From the NCBI GenBank assembly GCA_030599585.1, contig JAUVNS010000009.1, forward strand, positions 32,001-96,000: DNA of 64,000 nt, in the 5' to 3' direction. This stretch comes from Promethearchaeota archaeon. Lineage in GTDB: Archaea > Asgardarchaeota > Lokiarchaeia > Sigyniarchaeales > SOKP01. The position numbers were made by a program, and so were the translations under genes. The notes beneath the pieces were generated by a model. It made no database searches and was not told the origin of the DNA. It saw only the letters and a list, made by a program, of their open reading frames with translations. Of this stretch, positions 1 to 10,723 are shown one piece after another; positions within the stretch are counted from its first letter, which is position 1, and each line of letters starts with the position of its first letter.

Positions 1-707
1 GCTAAATTAAAAATCTCTCTTACTAAACGAGCTCCTTCCCCTATAAACTTTTGTACTAATTCTGAACCTATTATTCTAATGAATGTTGCGTCTGTTTCGT
101 GTGCCACGGCTTTTGCTACTAAAGTTTTTCCAGTTCCCGGTGGACCGTAAAGTAAAACTCCTTTAGGGGGATCAATTCCTACTTTTTTAAACAATTCTGG
201 TTTTAATAGCGGCAACTCAACGGTTTCACGAACTTCCATAATTTGATCGTCCAGTCCGCCAACGTCCTCGTACGATATATCTGGGACATTATCAATAACT
301 TCCATTCCTTTCACAAAGGGATCTAACTTTGTTGGTAAGATTTCCATTATAGCAAATGTTCTCTGATTTAATGCTACTCTCATCCCAGGAGTTAAATTCT
401 CGTTTTTTACTTTCCTACTCGGATTAACGACAAAGCTAGGACCGGTAGAGCTTTTTACGATTACTTTCCCGGAATCCTCAAGTAAATCTATTACAGTAGC
501 TGATACTAAGGGTGGTTCTCTTAGCCTATCAATCTCATTTCGTAAACTGCTTAATTCCTGTTCTAATCTTAAACGCTCAGCATCTAGTAACTGTTTTTCA
601 GTTTCTAAATTTCTTAACCTTTTTTCTAGATGTCTGGTATATGTAATTAAATATTCTTCATCTTTTGTTTCTTCTTTTTTTTTTCTGCTCTCTTTGATCG
701 TTGTCAA
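1..707 (-). CDS. pan: proteasome-activating nucleotidase (PAN), 5' part; runs off the window start
   Basis: Not in the ORF track. Manual translation from TTG at 707 gives an N-terminal coiled coil, ...[11 protein letters not shown]..., and [54 protein letters not shown]. Divergent from aMBF1. Confidence 0.95.
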   Translation of the reverse strand, partial: MTTIKESRKKKEETKDEEYLITYTRHLEKRLRNLETEKQLLDAERLRLEQELSSLRNEIDRLREPPLVSATVIDLLEDSGKVIVKSSTGPSFVVNPSRKVKNENLTPGMRVALNQRTFAIMEILPTKLDPFVKGMEVIDNVPDISYEDVGGLDDQIMEVRETVELPLLKPELFKKVGIDPPKGVLLYGPPGTGKTLVAKAVAHETDATFIRIIGSELVQKFIGEGARLVREIFNL

Positions 708-934
708 GTAATTAATTCCCCATCTTTAACATATTTTATTCTGAAGATACTACCTAAATTAATAATAACAATGTATTCATATAAATTTAAGGTAATACGC
801 TAATATTAGATAGAACATGAGTTTTAAAAAATTTTTGGATTATAAATTATAACGAGCGTTGTCTAAAAACCAAAAATTATAAGAGTTCTCTTTCCCAATC
901 ATAATATATAGTTAAGTTCCTTGAAAACTAATGA

Positions 935-1486
935 ATGCATGGTTATTTTATGTCGAAAAAAATATTGAGTCAATTTGAGAAGGAATGCCCTATTTGTGGT
1001 GGAAAAATATGGGGGCGAGGGCAAAAAGTCTTAATAGAAGGAGCAAAAATTACTGTATGTCAAAGTTGTGCCCAGTACGGTGTTAAAATCAAAAATGTTC
1101 CTAGCGCTGGTAACAAAATCAAGCAGAGCTACGATAAACCTAAATCTTCTGCGAAGAAAAAGGCGTATAATAGACAAATTGACGGCGGATTAGAAATAGT
1201 AGCAGACTATGTTAGTAAGATTAGAAAAGCTCGCAACTCTCGAGGATTAAACCAAGATCAATTTGCTCAAAAATTAAATGAAAAACCCTCCTTACTTCGG
1301 AGAATCGAAGCGGGAAAAGTTGAACCTACTATTAAATTAGCCAAGAAAATTGAACAAGCGTATGGAATTACTCTAGTCAAAAAAGTAGACGAAATTGAGC
1401 CTAGTACCACCCAAGACAAGTATATGAAGAAATCTAGTAGTTCTTCTCTAGGAGATATTGCTATTGTGAAGAGAAGAAAAAAGTGA
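935..1486 (+). CDS. archaeal multiprotein bridging factor aMBF1
   Basis: N-terminal Zn ribbon (CPICG...IEGA...VCQSC) and C-terminal Cro/C1 HTH (IRKARNSRGLNQDQFAQKLNEKPSLLRRIEAG). Ends in SLGDI. Adjacent to PAN. Confidence 0.92.
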   Translation: MHGYFMSKKILSQFEKECPICGGKIWGRGQKVLIEGAKITVCQSCAQYGVKIKNVPSAGNKIKQSYDKPKSSAKKKAYNRQIDGGLEIVADYVSKIRKARNSRGLNQDQFAQKLNEKPSLLRRIEAGKVEPTIKLAKKIEQAYGITLVKKVDEIEPSTTQDKYMKKSSSSSLGDIAIVKRRKK

Positions 1487-1524
1487 CAATTAAATCTAGG
1501 ATTTTAAAGAAAATCTAACTATAT

Positions 1525-2106
1525 CTAATTGATTGATAAATCAAGTTTTTCAATTACTACAATTTTTTCTTTTAGAAATTGAATCATTTCTTGATTATCT
1601 TGAGCTTCTAATGGACCACTACAATTGGGGCACTTGAAATTTAATTCAAAAGCGGAGTCAAAGTTAAATTTTAAGGTCGAATCTGGGCAATTCTTACATA
1701 CAAAAAAGTAATTATTTTCCTCGAACTTTAACCGTTCCCTTAGTTTTGTCTCAACTGTTCTCTTTTTTTCCATTAGGATTTCTTCGAATAAGTCAAATTC
1801 ATGCCACCAATAATATATAAACCAACCCGTAGATTTATCGCGTATCCTCCTAAATTGAGCTAATTTCCCACTATACAACTTGTAGAGCGTTTTGCGAACA
1901 GTATTTAATTTTAACACTTCAACACCGTTTTCTTCAAAAAATAATTCTGGATTTAACTCTTTCATGCGTGCTTTAATTTTTTCCGTTATTCCCTCATCTG
2001 TGATATCTTCTTCTTCAGAATTTAATAATTCTATCCCGACTTCGATAGCAATATCTCCGGCTATAACGAATAAAAAGGTCCTTAGTAATGGGCTTAACTC
2101 CTTCAT
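1525..2106 (-). CDS. tfe: transcription factor E alpha subunit
   Basis: Winged helix (LNTVRKTLYKLY...RDKSTGWFIYYW) and Zn ribbon (FVCKNC...FKCPNCSGPL). Confidence 0.95.
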   Translation of the reverse strand: MKELSPLLRTFLFVIAGDIAIEVGIELLNSEEEDITDEGITEKIKARMKELNPELFFEENGVEVLKLNTVRKTLYKLYSGKLAQFRRIRDKSTGWFIYYWWHEFDLFEEILMEKKRTVETKLRERLKFEENNYFFVCKNCPDSTLKFNFDSAFELNFKCPNCSGPLEAQDNQEMIQFLKEKIVVIEKLDLSIN

Positions 2107-2209
2107 TATGTTCTGTCTCTTATGATTTCACTATTTAGTATAAATTTTAATCTATTATAAAAGTTAAATTTTGTGAATTGTGTTAAAAAGGACCTAAGGG
2201 TCCAGTTCA

Positions 2210-2992
2210 TTATACTACTATAGAATACTGTTTTTCGATAAGGTCGCCATCAATCTCAACTGACCGAGTCATCTTACCTTTTCTTATAGCCATAATCCTT
2301 AACATTCGAGTATCTTTTACGTTTGTTGGAATCTCGATTTGTTTTATAGTATAATTGTTAAGAATTGTAAGTGATTTCCAATTATTCGGAAGTTCTGATT
2401 TAAAATCAGGGGCTGCTAAATCTAACAGCATTTCGAGATTAGCGTCTGTATTATTGAGCATTCCAACACAAAATTGTATTCGTTTGCTTACGTCGTCGTC
2501 TTCTACCTTTTTTTTCGATGGTTGAGGTATATTTTTTTTCGTGGTAACTTTGCAAGTTGCATTTCTATTATACGACAAAAGTAAATAACTACTTTCTCGA
2601 AATACACCAATAGCTTTGAGCAACAAACCTTTATTAATTTGATCGACGATTTCTGCTTTGTAATTTTTTGTTTTACCCGTGGATTTTTTCAAAACCCAGT
2701 TTAAGCCTATTTCTGATATATTATTTGCTATATCGCTACTAGCTATCAATTTCCCCTTAATCTCGAAATTCTCCTGAGAATTAGAAATTGTTTTTGTTAC
2801 TGCTTCTAAAATTAAATCTTCGTATTCATGGGCACCTTTCAAAGTGAATTTTGCCTTAGTTTTGGTGATTTTTAAAGCAGGGCCAATAAACACTCCCTTA
2901 GAATACCGGTAAAAATGGCGATGGATGTTCAGGTGCTGCTCAAAAGGATCTTCCAAAATTGGTTTTTTAACTAGTTCGCTCAAAAAATGCAT
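2210..2992 (-). CDS. hypothetical protein
   Basis: 260-aa ORF co-oriented with tfe; no function recognised. Confidence 0.7.
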   Translation of the reverse strand: MHFLSELVKKPILEDPFEQHLNIHRHFYRYSKGVFIGPALKITKTKAKFTLKGAHEYEDLILEAVTKTISNSQENFEIKGKLIASSDIANNISEIGLNWVLKKSTGKTKNYKAEIVDQINKGLLLKAIGVFRESSYLLLSYNRNATCKVTTKKNIPQPSKKKVEDDDVSKRIQFCVGMLNNTDANLEMLLDLAAPDFKSELPNNWKSLTILNNYTIKQIEIPTNVKDTRMLRIMAIRKGKMTRSVEIDGDLIEKQYSIVV

Positions 2993-3085
2993 TTTTCATA
3001 TACCGTTTATTTTTTTATTAATATAAATCTAAATATGATATTATAATTAGAATATATCTTTAAATTTTAATTTATACAATAAGTA

Positions 3086-3973
3086 GTGAATAAAATCAAA
3101 GAAGTAGACAACATAACTTCAAATATCATTAAATATTTACAGACAAATTTAAAAGGCAATATAATTAGCATCTTTGGTATTGGCAGTTATTTTGATAAAA
3201 ATCTTCCGTCCGGTTGGAGAAATACTGATATAGATGTAATTGTAATTGTTTCTACTTTGGACAAAATTACTAAACTCGATTGGACCGATGTTCGATACGA
3301 AGTTAGAAAAATTGATAACCATTATGTATGGATAGGATATAACACTATTCAAGGACTAAAAACAAAAAAGCTTTTCGTTCAAGAATCCTTCGCAAATTAT
3401 GAATGGAGCCTAATGGATTTAAAATTTAAAGAAAATTCTCATCTTTTATATGGAAAAGATATTAGAGAGCAAGTTCCAGACCCTTTTAGTTTTGTTTTTG
3501 ATTATAACGATATTTTAGCTAGATGCCTTTATCATTTGGATAAAAGCTTAAAAGAGAGCAAAATTCGGGAGAATTCTGTACAAGCTATGACCGAATTTAC
3601 TAAAGCGGTATTTAAATTTGGATTCTACATGTGCCTTTACTTCAGCGAAAAGTATTTTCTTACTTCTGTTCAAAGCATTTCGTTACAACTTAATAAACTG
3701 TTATTGGATAACGATATAAAGAACTCCATGCTTAATTTCATGACTGAATCTATAATTTATAGGAGAACAAATAAATTTTCTAAAAAATTCGAACTCTTAA
3801 GAAAAAATTACGTGTTATTTACGCTTTCTCTACTAAGAAGTGGAATTCTTCATCGGAAGTACGAGTTTCAAGAGTTGTTGATATTTCTTAAAAATAAATT
3901 TAATGGTATGCCTTATCTTATTTCTTACCTCAAAAAAGCAAAAAACATATTTTATTCTACTAAAACAAATTAA
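3086..3973 (+). CDS. Pol-beta-like nucleotidyltransferase domain protein with helical C-terminal domain
   Basis: hGS...DhDh motif (FGIGSYF...TDIDVIVIV). Confidence 0.7.
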   Translation: MNKIKEVDNITSNIIKYLQTNLKGNIISIFGIGSYFDKNLPSGWRNTDIDVIVIVSTLDKITKLDWTDVRYEVRKIDNHYVWIGYNTIQGLKTKKLFVQESFANYEWSLMDLKFKENSHLLYGKDIREQVPDPFSFVFDYNDILARCLYHLDKSLKESKIRENSVQAMTEFTKAVFKFGFYMCLYFSEKYFLTSVQSISLQLNKLLLDNDIKNSMLNFMTESIIYRRTNKFSKKFELLRKNYVLFTLSLLRSGILHRKYEFQELLIFLKNKFNGMPYLISYLKKAKNIFYSTKTN

Positions 3974-4082
3974 TTATGTTTTTATCTTCCATTTGTTGAC
4001 ATGTTTAAATTCAGATTGATAAAGTTAAAAAAAAATAAATTATAAGATCTTATTCAACCTACAAAAATATAATACGATTTTA

Positions 4083-4310
4083 ATGTTACTTATATTACTA
4101 CAAATCAACGGGTTTCAAGTTCCCTCATTAACTATTTGGATATTAGCGTGGATTTTTCTCGTAATTGGATTAGTAGCTTTGATTACTTTAGTTGTTTATA
4201 CTAGATACGGCAGAGAAATATCCATTAAACTCTCTATTATTTCAATCGGAATTTCTGCCGTATTGTTGGGTTTTTCTTTCCACTTCTTCCTAATTACATT
4301 TGGAATATAA
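4083..4310 (+). CDS. small membrane protein (2 TM)
   Basis: Two hydrophobic segments separated by TRYGRE. Confidence 0.6.
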   Translation: MLLILLQINGFQVPSLTIWILAWIFLVIGLVALITLVVYTRYGREISIKLSIISIGISAVLLGFSFHFFLITFGI

Positions 4311-4496
4311 TTCTGCTTGGAATTATTGAGGATTGACCTTCTTTTAATACAACTACGCTTAAAAATATTGTTACGAGTTAGCTCCTATCTCTTAAAAATC
4401 AATATTTTATTTAATAAATATTTATAAAAGAAGGAGAATATGTTTTTCTTAATTTAAAAAATAAACATACTTAAATATATAGGTGGAACGTCAAAA

Positions 4497-4916
4497 ATGT
4501 TATTTCAACTAGAAAATACTTTATTGTTTATTCTATGGTTAATTTTGGCTACTGTCATTGTCGCAATAATCCTTTACATTTCGGTATTACTTATTGCATC
4601 AAAAACTAAAGCTTCAGATAAAAAATTCGTTATAGTCATCTTAGCTTTTATCTTTGTTTTGATATTACCAATAATTTTAGGTGCAATAAATCAAGTGCTA
4701 GGCGTAATAGGTAACTTAGTAGCTTTTAGTGGTTCAAACTATTTAACTCAGTTAACACCAATCATTGGATTTCTAATAATTATGGTATTAACTAAATTTT
4801 TCCTCAGTATTCCGTGGGATCAGGACGTATGGATATCTCTATTAACACTATTTTTCCTGTTCCTTCTCTACACTATGATACCAGAGCTTTATAGTTTCTT
4901 AGGGTTTGGACTTTAA
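4497..4916 (+). CDS. membrane protein (about 4 TM)
   Basis: Highly hydrophobic; upstream AGGTGG SD-like motif; followed by a poly-T tract. Confidence 0.7.
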   Translation: MLFQLENTLLFILWLILATVIVAIILYISVLLIASKTKASDKKFVIVILAFIFVLILPIILGAINQVLGVIGNLVAFSGSNYLTQLTPIIGFLIIMVLTKFFLSIPWDQDVWISLLTLFFLFLLYTMIPELYSFLGFGL

Positions 4917-4928
4917 TTTTTTTTTTTT
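4917..4928 (+). terminator. oligo-T archaeal terminator-like tract
   Basis: Run of 12 T directly after the stop codon of 4497-4916. Confidence 0.4.
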
Positions 4929-4991
4929 AATAAAATCATAATTAAAGCTTCTTTGTTCAACCAATAAAATAGAGTAAAAAAAGATAATTAC

Positions 4992-7900
4992 TTAAATTTT
5001 TTCTTTCAACTTGAGCCTAGGAGCTAATCCAAGAGACATCATTTCTTGGAGAAGAAGTTTGAACGCATACGAGCATACGACCTTAGATATGATCGTTCCT
5101 TCCCCACATACTGGACAATATCTCTTATCTCTATTTCTATCATAAACTGCAAGAAGCCCACACTTCTCGCAAACTAAGACAACAGTTCTGTCGGATTCAT
5201 CAAGAAGTCTCTCCTTTAACAACAAAGCGGATCCGTGTCCTACTAAGCAATCTCTTTCCATCTCACCAAATCGTAACCCACCTTCTCTTGCTCTACCTTC
5301 TGTAGGTTGTCTTGTTAAGATTTGAACCGGACCTCTCGCCCTAGCGTGGAGTTTATCAGCAACAAGGTGGTACAATTTCTGATAATAAATCGGGGCGCAG
5401 TAGATACCCGCTTCATATTTTTTACCCGTAATACCGTTATACATTACTTCTCTACCGTTAAATTCAAATCCCGCATCAACCAGTTGCTCTTGGAGTTTGG
5501 TGATATCTTTCCACTCGAAGGCAGTTGCGTCACCTAAAATACCCGTTGAGCAAGCTATCTTACCACTAATACCTTCAAAAAGCTGTCCAAGAGTCATTCT
5601 CGAAGGCATTGCGTGAGGATTTACAATAATATCTGGAATAACGCCATTGGATGTGAAGGGCATATCTTCAGCTGGCTGAACTAATCCAAGCACTCCTTTC
5701 TGCCCATGCCTTGAAGAAAATTTATCTCCTAATTCTGGAATCCGTAAATCTCTGACTTTAATTTTTACTAATTTATTTCCATCAACAGTTTCTGAAATTA
5801 TGACCGTGTCAACAATGCCTTTTTCGTTATGGCGCATGTTTTTTGATGTTTCCCGCCTGTTAGGCTGCATCAGTTCAAATTCTTCGTAAGATTTAATGAA
5901 TCGTGGAGGGGAAGTTCTACCGATAAGGACATCACCGCCATTAACCGTAGTTTCAGGTTCGATAATACCATCTTCTTCAGATAGTAATCTATAAGATTCA
6001 GCGGATTTAAACCCTCTAACGCCCCTCTCTGGTATCTCAAATTTATCTAATTCTCCTCCCGGATATTTCCTTTCTTCGGCGTCGTAAGTTCTAAAGAAGT
6101 GACTCCGCGCTAATCCTCGCTCAATGGAGGCTTTGTTAATTACTATAGCGTCTTCAATGTTGTAACCCTCAAAACTCATCATCCCGATTATGAAATTTTG
6201 TCCAGCAGGTCTACGATTAATGCCTATTATTTTCATAGGGCTGGTTATAACGAGTGGTGTTTGGGGGTAATGAAGCGTATGACCCCGCGTATCAAGCCGT
6301 AGATGCATGTTTGCCGTGAATAGCCCTAAAGCTTGTTTAACCATTCCTGCTTCGTAAGTGTTTCGTGGAGACTGGTTGTGTTCAGGAAACGGAATAATAG
6401 ACGCGCAAATTCCTAATATGGCTGCCGGGGAGATTTCTAAATGCGTGTGTTCGGCCGTAATATCCTCTTCAAACATCGCAATATAAGCGTTTTCTTCTTC
6501 TTCTGCGTCTAAGTATTCTATAACGCCTTTAAGAATTAAATCTGACCAGTTATATTTACCTTGCTTGATTTTTTCAATATCTTCCTTTACTATCAATAAT
6601 TCATTATTTTTGATGATAAATAGTGGTCGCGTGGCTCGTCCAGCATCACAATTAATTTGAACCTCTTTAGAATCGTAATAATACCCAATATTGACGTGTA
6701 CACCAATTTCACCTTTCCGTCTTTTTTCCCGAAGTTGATTTGTGAATGGGTTATATTTTTGATGAATCCCAACTAGTTTGCCGTTAAGAAAAATGTTTAC
6801 TTTTTCTCCTTTTATGCTTTTTACCTCACTTATTGGAATTACTCCGAGATCAAATAGTATATTTTCTATAATTCTTTCGTCTGCACCAACGGAAATTATT
6901 GAAGCAAGCCCAAGATTTTTAACGAGTCCACAATTTGGTCCTTCCGGCGTTTCTGCAGGACAAATCTTCCCCCACTGCGTAGGATGCAAATCTCTTGCCT
7001 CAAAATGGGGTTGACTTCTGCTTAATGGAGATATAACTCTCCTTAAATGGCTTAAAGTCCCTACATGATTTGTTCGGTTTAATAACTGACTAACACCCGC
7101 TTTTCCTCCAACCCAGTTACCCGTTGCTAAAGCGTGCCTAATTCTTTCGGTAATTACGTCAGCTCTCACAGCAGTTTTAATATTAGGTGCGCGTCCTCGT
7201 ACCGCGGTACGTTCTAATTGATATTTAATATCTTTTACTAAGTTTAAAAACGCAACTCTAAAAAGAGAAGTGAACAATTCTCCCGCTAGTTTCAACCTTT
7301 TGTTAGCGTAATGGTCTTTATCATCCGGTTCTCGAAGCCCTAAGTTAAGTTCCATCACTTTTTGAGCCATTTGACCTAAATAATACGCTTTTTTGATACG
7401 GTCCTCTTCGGCATTTCCAATGTGAGGTAAAAGATACCGATCTAAAACTTGAAGCGCTCTCCGAATACGGTAGTCTTTTGTTTGACCAATTGCGACTCTT
7501 TTTCCAATGTAATCTAATGAGTTTTGTTGGGATTTTTCAGAGTCTTTTAAAACCTGGATTTCGGACGCAACGTCTATAACTGGTATTAACTCTTTTTGAA
7601 TATCTTCATTTTCCGAGATGGCTTCAAAAATTTCTCTATCCGAGTGTAATCCTAAAGCACGCATTAATATTGCGAGGGGAATCTTCCCAGGCACCGAGGG
7701 AAAAGAAACTCTTAAATTACCATCTTTCTTTCTCTCAATAGTTACTGGTGCTCGGAATCCACTTCTCGTTGAAAAAACCTTAGCTTGATGCGTGGCACTC
7801 GAGCTTCGACTTGCCTCTTCTGCCAAAATTCTATTAGGAGCCAAATCTTCTTGAGTAACCAATACGCGCTCTGTTCCATTAATGATAAAATATCCCCCTG

Positions 7901-8363
7901 GATCAAGCGGATCCTCTCCTCGATTAACTAACTCTTGTTCAGTTAGATTTTCCAAAGGGCATCGACAACTTTTTAGCATTATAGGAATCTTACCAATATA
8001 TATATCTAATGTTTCTTCTGCCTCCTCCCTTTGAGTTCGTTCGTCTATAGTTATAGGTGTCATTTCTAGGATAATATCTGCTGCATAACTTAACTCTCGT
8101 ATCCTAGCCTCAATAGGTGTGATTTCCATAGTAGCACCATCTGCCTCTCTAACTTTTGGTATTCCTACTTTGATCTTCCCAAAAGTGATTTTGAAGCCCG
8201 GAATATCTGGTATTACCTCGCCAGACTCAGTGACGATGCCTTGCATTTCGTCTTCAATAAAACTATTGTAAGAATCGAGGTGCTGGCGAACTAAACCTTT
8301 TTCGTCAAATAAGCTTTTTAGCACGACCCACTTGTCGCTATTGGATAATTTTTCAGAACTCAA
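4992..8363 (-). CDS. rpoB: DNA-directed RNA polymerase subunit B (Rpo2), unsplit
   Basis: GGYFIINGTERV, GDKFSSRHGQKG, GGLRFGEMERD and C-terminal Zn ribbon; TTG start. Confidence 0.99.
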   Translation of the reverse strand: MSSEKLSNSDKWVVLKSLFDEKGLVRQHLDSYNSFIEDEMQGIVTESGEVIPDIPGFKITFGKIKVGIPKVREADGATMEITPIEARIRELSYAADIILEMTPITIDERTQREEAEETLDIYIGKIPIMLKSCRCPLENLTEQELVNRGEDPLDPGGYFIINGTERVLVTQEDLAPNRILAEEASRSSSATHQAKVFSTRSGFRAPVTIERKKDGNLRVSFPSVPGKIPLAILMRALGLHSDREIFEAISENEDIQKELIPVIDVASEIQVLKDSEKSQQNSLDYIGKRVAIGQTKDYRIRRALQVLDRYLLPHIGNAEEDRIKKAYYLGQMAQKVMELNLGLREPDDKDHYANKRLKLAGELFTSLFRVAFLNLVKDIKYQLERTAVRGRAPNIKTAVRADVITERIRHALATGNWVGGKAGVSQLLNRTNHVGTLSHLRRVISPLSRSQPHFEARDLHPTQWGKICPAETPEGPNCGLVKNLGLASIISVGADERIIENILFDLGVIPISEVKSIKGEKVNIFLNGKLVGIHQKYNPFTNQLREKRRKGEIGVHVNIGYYYDSKEVQINCDAGRATRPLFIIKNNELLIVKEDIEKIKQGKYNWSDLILKGVIEYLDAEEEENAYIAMFEEDITAEHTHLEISPAAILGICASIIPFPEHNQSPRNTYEAGMVKQALGLFTANMHLRLDTRGHTLHYPQTPLVITSPMKIIGINRRPAGQNFIIGMMSFEGYNIEDAIVINKASIERGLARSHFFRTYDAEERKYPGGELDKFEIPERGVRGFKSAESYRLLSEEDGIIEPETTVNGGDVLIGRTSPPRFIKSYEEFELMQPNRRETSKNMRHNEKGIVDTVIISETVDGNKLVKIKVRDLRIPELGDKFSSRHGQKGVLGLVQPAEDMPFTSNGVIPDIIVNPHAMPSRMTLGQLFEGISGKIACSTGILGDATAFEWKDITKLQEQLVDAGFEFNGREVMYNGITGKKYEAGIYCAPIYYQKLYHLVADKLHARARGPVQILTRQPTEGRAREGGLRFGEMERDCLVGHGSALLLKERLLDESDRTVVLVCEKCGLLAVYDRNRDKRYCPVCGEGTIISKVVCSYAFKLLLQEMMSLGLAPRLKLKEKI

Positions 8364-8408
8364 TTTTGATTAACCTATTAAAATATTAGTTTTAAATAAA
8401 AAGTTTTT

Positions 8409-8666
8409 CTACACTTTTTCTTTCTTGACATAGCGATAATAATCTATATTTTTTACTGTTGTGTGAGATTCTCTAACAATTTTTATGATGTCCCCTTCTT
8501 TTGCGCCTATTGCTATTGAAACCGGGTCTTTATCATACATTTGGGGTAAATCAGAAATATTAATTTTGTATTTCTCTAGTAAATTCTGAGATTCTTCTTT
8601 CGTTAAAAGGTAATGTTTCGGGACTAGTTCATGAAGCAGAACATCTATTTTTCTTTTCTTTGTCAA
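8409..8666 (-). CDS. rpoH: RNA polymerase subunit H (Rpo5)
   Basis: HELVPKH...LPQM...DPV...GDIIKIVR...YRYV. Confidence 0.97.
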   Translation of the reverse strand: MTKKRKIDVLLHELVPKHYLLTKEESQNLLEKYKINISDLPQMYDKDPVSIAIGAKEGDIIKIVRESHTTVKNIDYYRYVKKEKV

Positions 8667-8808
8667 AAAAATCCTCTTTCCTCGCTAATTGTTTCAAAAA
8701 ATATTCTATTTCTAAAAAATTTTTCTATTTTTACGATTATTCTCTTAAATTTTTACAAATACTTACGGTGGTATTGGTATTTTGAAAGATGAAAACTTCA
8801 ACATTCGT

Positions 8809-9447
8809 TTAAATTGATGTTAAACTGAAAATCCAATATCCAGATCTCTTAAAAGTCACATTTATCTTTTCATATAAATCTGAAAGATTTTGGATTAAAT
8901 AATTGTAAATATAATTTGCTCCCATTTTTTTTCTCATTACAAATTGAAATTGTCCATTTCTTTTCAGAAACGATGGGATTTCTTTGCACAATGCGAGAAA
9001 TTCTTTTCTACCGTTTCTTATTGGAGGATTCATGTAGATCGCGTCAAATTGGATATTTTTGTTTTGTAAAGGTTTAAAATAACTACCATTCAAAACTATT
9101 ATTTTGCCTGATCTTTCGGGTAAATTATACTTTATATTCTCCCTAGTGCACCAGAGTGCTCTTTTATTTGTATCAATTAAATGAACAGAGCTTTGTGGAC
9201 TCAAGTACGCTAGAACTATCCCAATGGGCCCATAACCACATCCTAAATCAAGTAAATGTCCTCCATTTTTAGGAATTGTCATATGTTCAATAAACACTTG
9301 TGTACCCAAATCTAACTTTTTATAGGAAAATATCCCCGTGATTGTTTTAAACAAGTATAGATGGCGTCGTAGGCTAACTGGAACAGTAAAGACTTTAACT
9401 CTAACATCAGGAAATTGTGAGGAATAATGTTGGTTTTTTCTCTCCAT
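8809..9447 (-). CDS. class I SAM-dependent methyltransferase (RsmC/MTS family)
   Basis: GIFS...LDLG, LDLGCGYGPIG and NPPIRNG motifs. Confidence 0.88.
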   Translation of the reverse strand: MERKNQHYSSQFPDVRVKVFTVPVSLRRHLYLFKTITGIFSYKKLDLGTQVFIEHMTIPKNGGHLLDLGCGYGPIGIVLAYLSPQSSVHLIDTNKRALWCTRENIKYNLPERSGKIIVLNGSYFKPLQNKNIQFDAIYMNPPIRNGRKEFLALCKEIPSFLKRNGQFQFVMRKKMGANYIYNYLIQNLSDLYEKINVTFKRSGYWIFSLTSI

Positions 9448-9462
9448 GTCGTCGATCTTTTC

Positions 9463-10473
9463 CTATTTGGTTTTAATCTCGTTCCACCTTGGATATATGC
9501 CACGTTCCATAAAAATTTTATTCGTTTCAGCAATAATTCCCGATTTTGCTTTGTAGATTTTCATGGCATCCATGTTAGCTGTACCAAAACCTATTAATTC
9601 TTTTTTGAGGGTCATATACACAATCTGCATGCCAGTTTGAATTCTAGCATCAACATAACACACTCCGGCAGAAGCTAGATCCGCTCCATGGCATAACGCA
9701 TCAACGGCAGTATCTCTCACATAAATTTTAGGGAGGTGGGATACGATTTTCTCCATAGGAAAAATTACTTTTCTTAAATAAGAATCGTCACTTTCATTTC
9801 TATAAATAGTGTAAGCATCTTTTAGATTTTGCAGAGTTATCAAACTTTCATCTTCTCTGAAATGGCCCACCCTCGTCCGCCTTAGCTCTAACATATGAGC
9901 TCCCGAGCATAAAGCTTCACCAATATCAAAACAAAATTTTCGAATATACGTACCTGCTTCACATCCAACTTTAAACAAGATGTGGTTATTATTTATTTCT
10001 AGGACTTTCGCGTAGTAAATCTCTCTTACTCTTAATCTTCTCACAACTGAGGATTTAATTGGAGGTGTCTGATAAATTTTGCCAGTAAAAATTTTGAATA
10101 CTTTTTCAATTTTTTTTAAATTTTCGGGTGCATGTAATAGCATAACTCCTACATATTCTTTCCCCGCATACAATAATGCCGATAGAACTCGAGTAGCTTT
10201 ACCAAGTGCACATGGTAATATTCCAGTAACTTTTGGATCTAACGTGCCCCCATGTCCTGCGTTATCAGTTTCTATGATTTTACGAGCCCACGAAACTACT
10301 TCATGACTTGTGGGACCACTCGGTTTATCTAAATTTATAACTCCATATTTTAATAAGTCCTCAACCTTTCTCTTGTAAGGTTCACATCCATATTTTTCAT
10401 TAGTAACATCTTGGGATTTTACGAGTAATTGTTCTGATTCGTCAGAAGGCAACCTAAATTCTGAATTTTGCAT
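9463..10473 (-). CDS. cbf5: H/ACA RNA-guided pseudouridine synthase Cbf5 (TruB family)
   Basis: LDKPSGPTSH, GHGGTLDPKVTG, GTYIR and C-terminal PUA domain. Confidence 0.97.
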   Translation of the reverse strand: MQNSEFRLPSDESEQLLVKSQDVTNEKYGCEPYKRKVEDLLKYGVINLDKPSGPTSHEVVSWARKIIETDNAGHGGTLDPKVTGILPCALGKATRVLSALLYAGKEYVGVMLLHAPENLKKIEKVFKIFTGKIYQTPPIKSSVVRRLRVREIYYAKVLEINNNHILFKVGCEAGTYIRKFCFDIGEALCSGAHMLELRRTRVGHFREDESLITLQNLKDAYTIYRNESDDSYLRKVIFPMEKIVSHLPKIYVRDTAVDALCHGADLASAGVCYVDARIQTGMQIVYMTLKKELIGFGTANMDAMKIYKAKSGIIAETNKIFMERGIYPRWNEIKTK

Positions 10474-10619
10474 GCGGATTAACTGTAAAGAGAAATAATT
10501 ACGAATAATAATTCTTGGTGAAATTAATGTTTATCGATTGTTGGATTTAAGCTAGAGAACAAAAAACGAACACACATTTTTGATTTAAACTTTTTGTACT
10601 ACGCAATTATAGAGATTTG

Positions 10620-10723
10620 CGGGCCATGTGGGAATTTCGCGTTTGTACTATGCGGACAAACATATCGAACCCACGACCTTCAGGTTAAAAGCCTGCTGCG
10701 CTACCTGCCTGCGCTAATGGCCC
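10620..10723 (-). tRNA. tRNA-Lys(TTT) with a 30-nt intron at non-canonical position 59/60 (intron 10634-10663)
   Basis: Acceptor GGGCCAT/ATGGCCC, D stem GCGC/GCGC, anticodon loop CTTTTAA, T stem GTGGG/CCCAC. The T loop is interrupted by a perfect BHB: central helix TTCG/CGAA, bulges ATA and ATT. Confidence 0.93.

Noticed and set aside
3086-3973. MNT-HEPN toxin-antitoxin system
   Set aside because: The nucleotidyltransferase motif is present, but there is no RX4-6H HEPN motif and no partner gene.
9463-10473. Possible intron in cbf5, the known crenarchaeal mRNA-intron host
   Set aside because: The ORF is continuous with all motifs in frame; no insertion seen.
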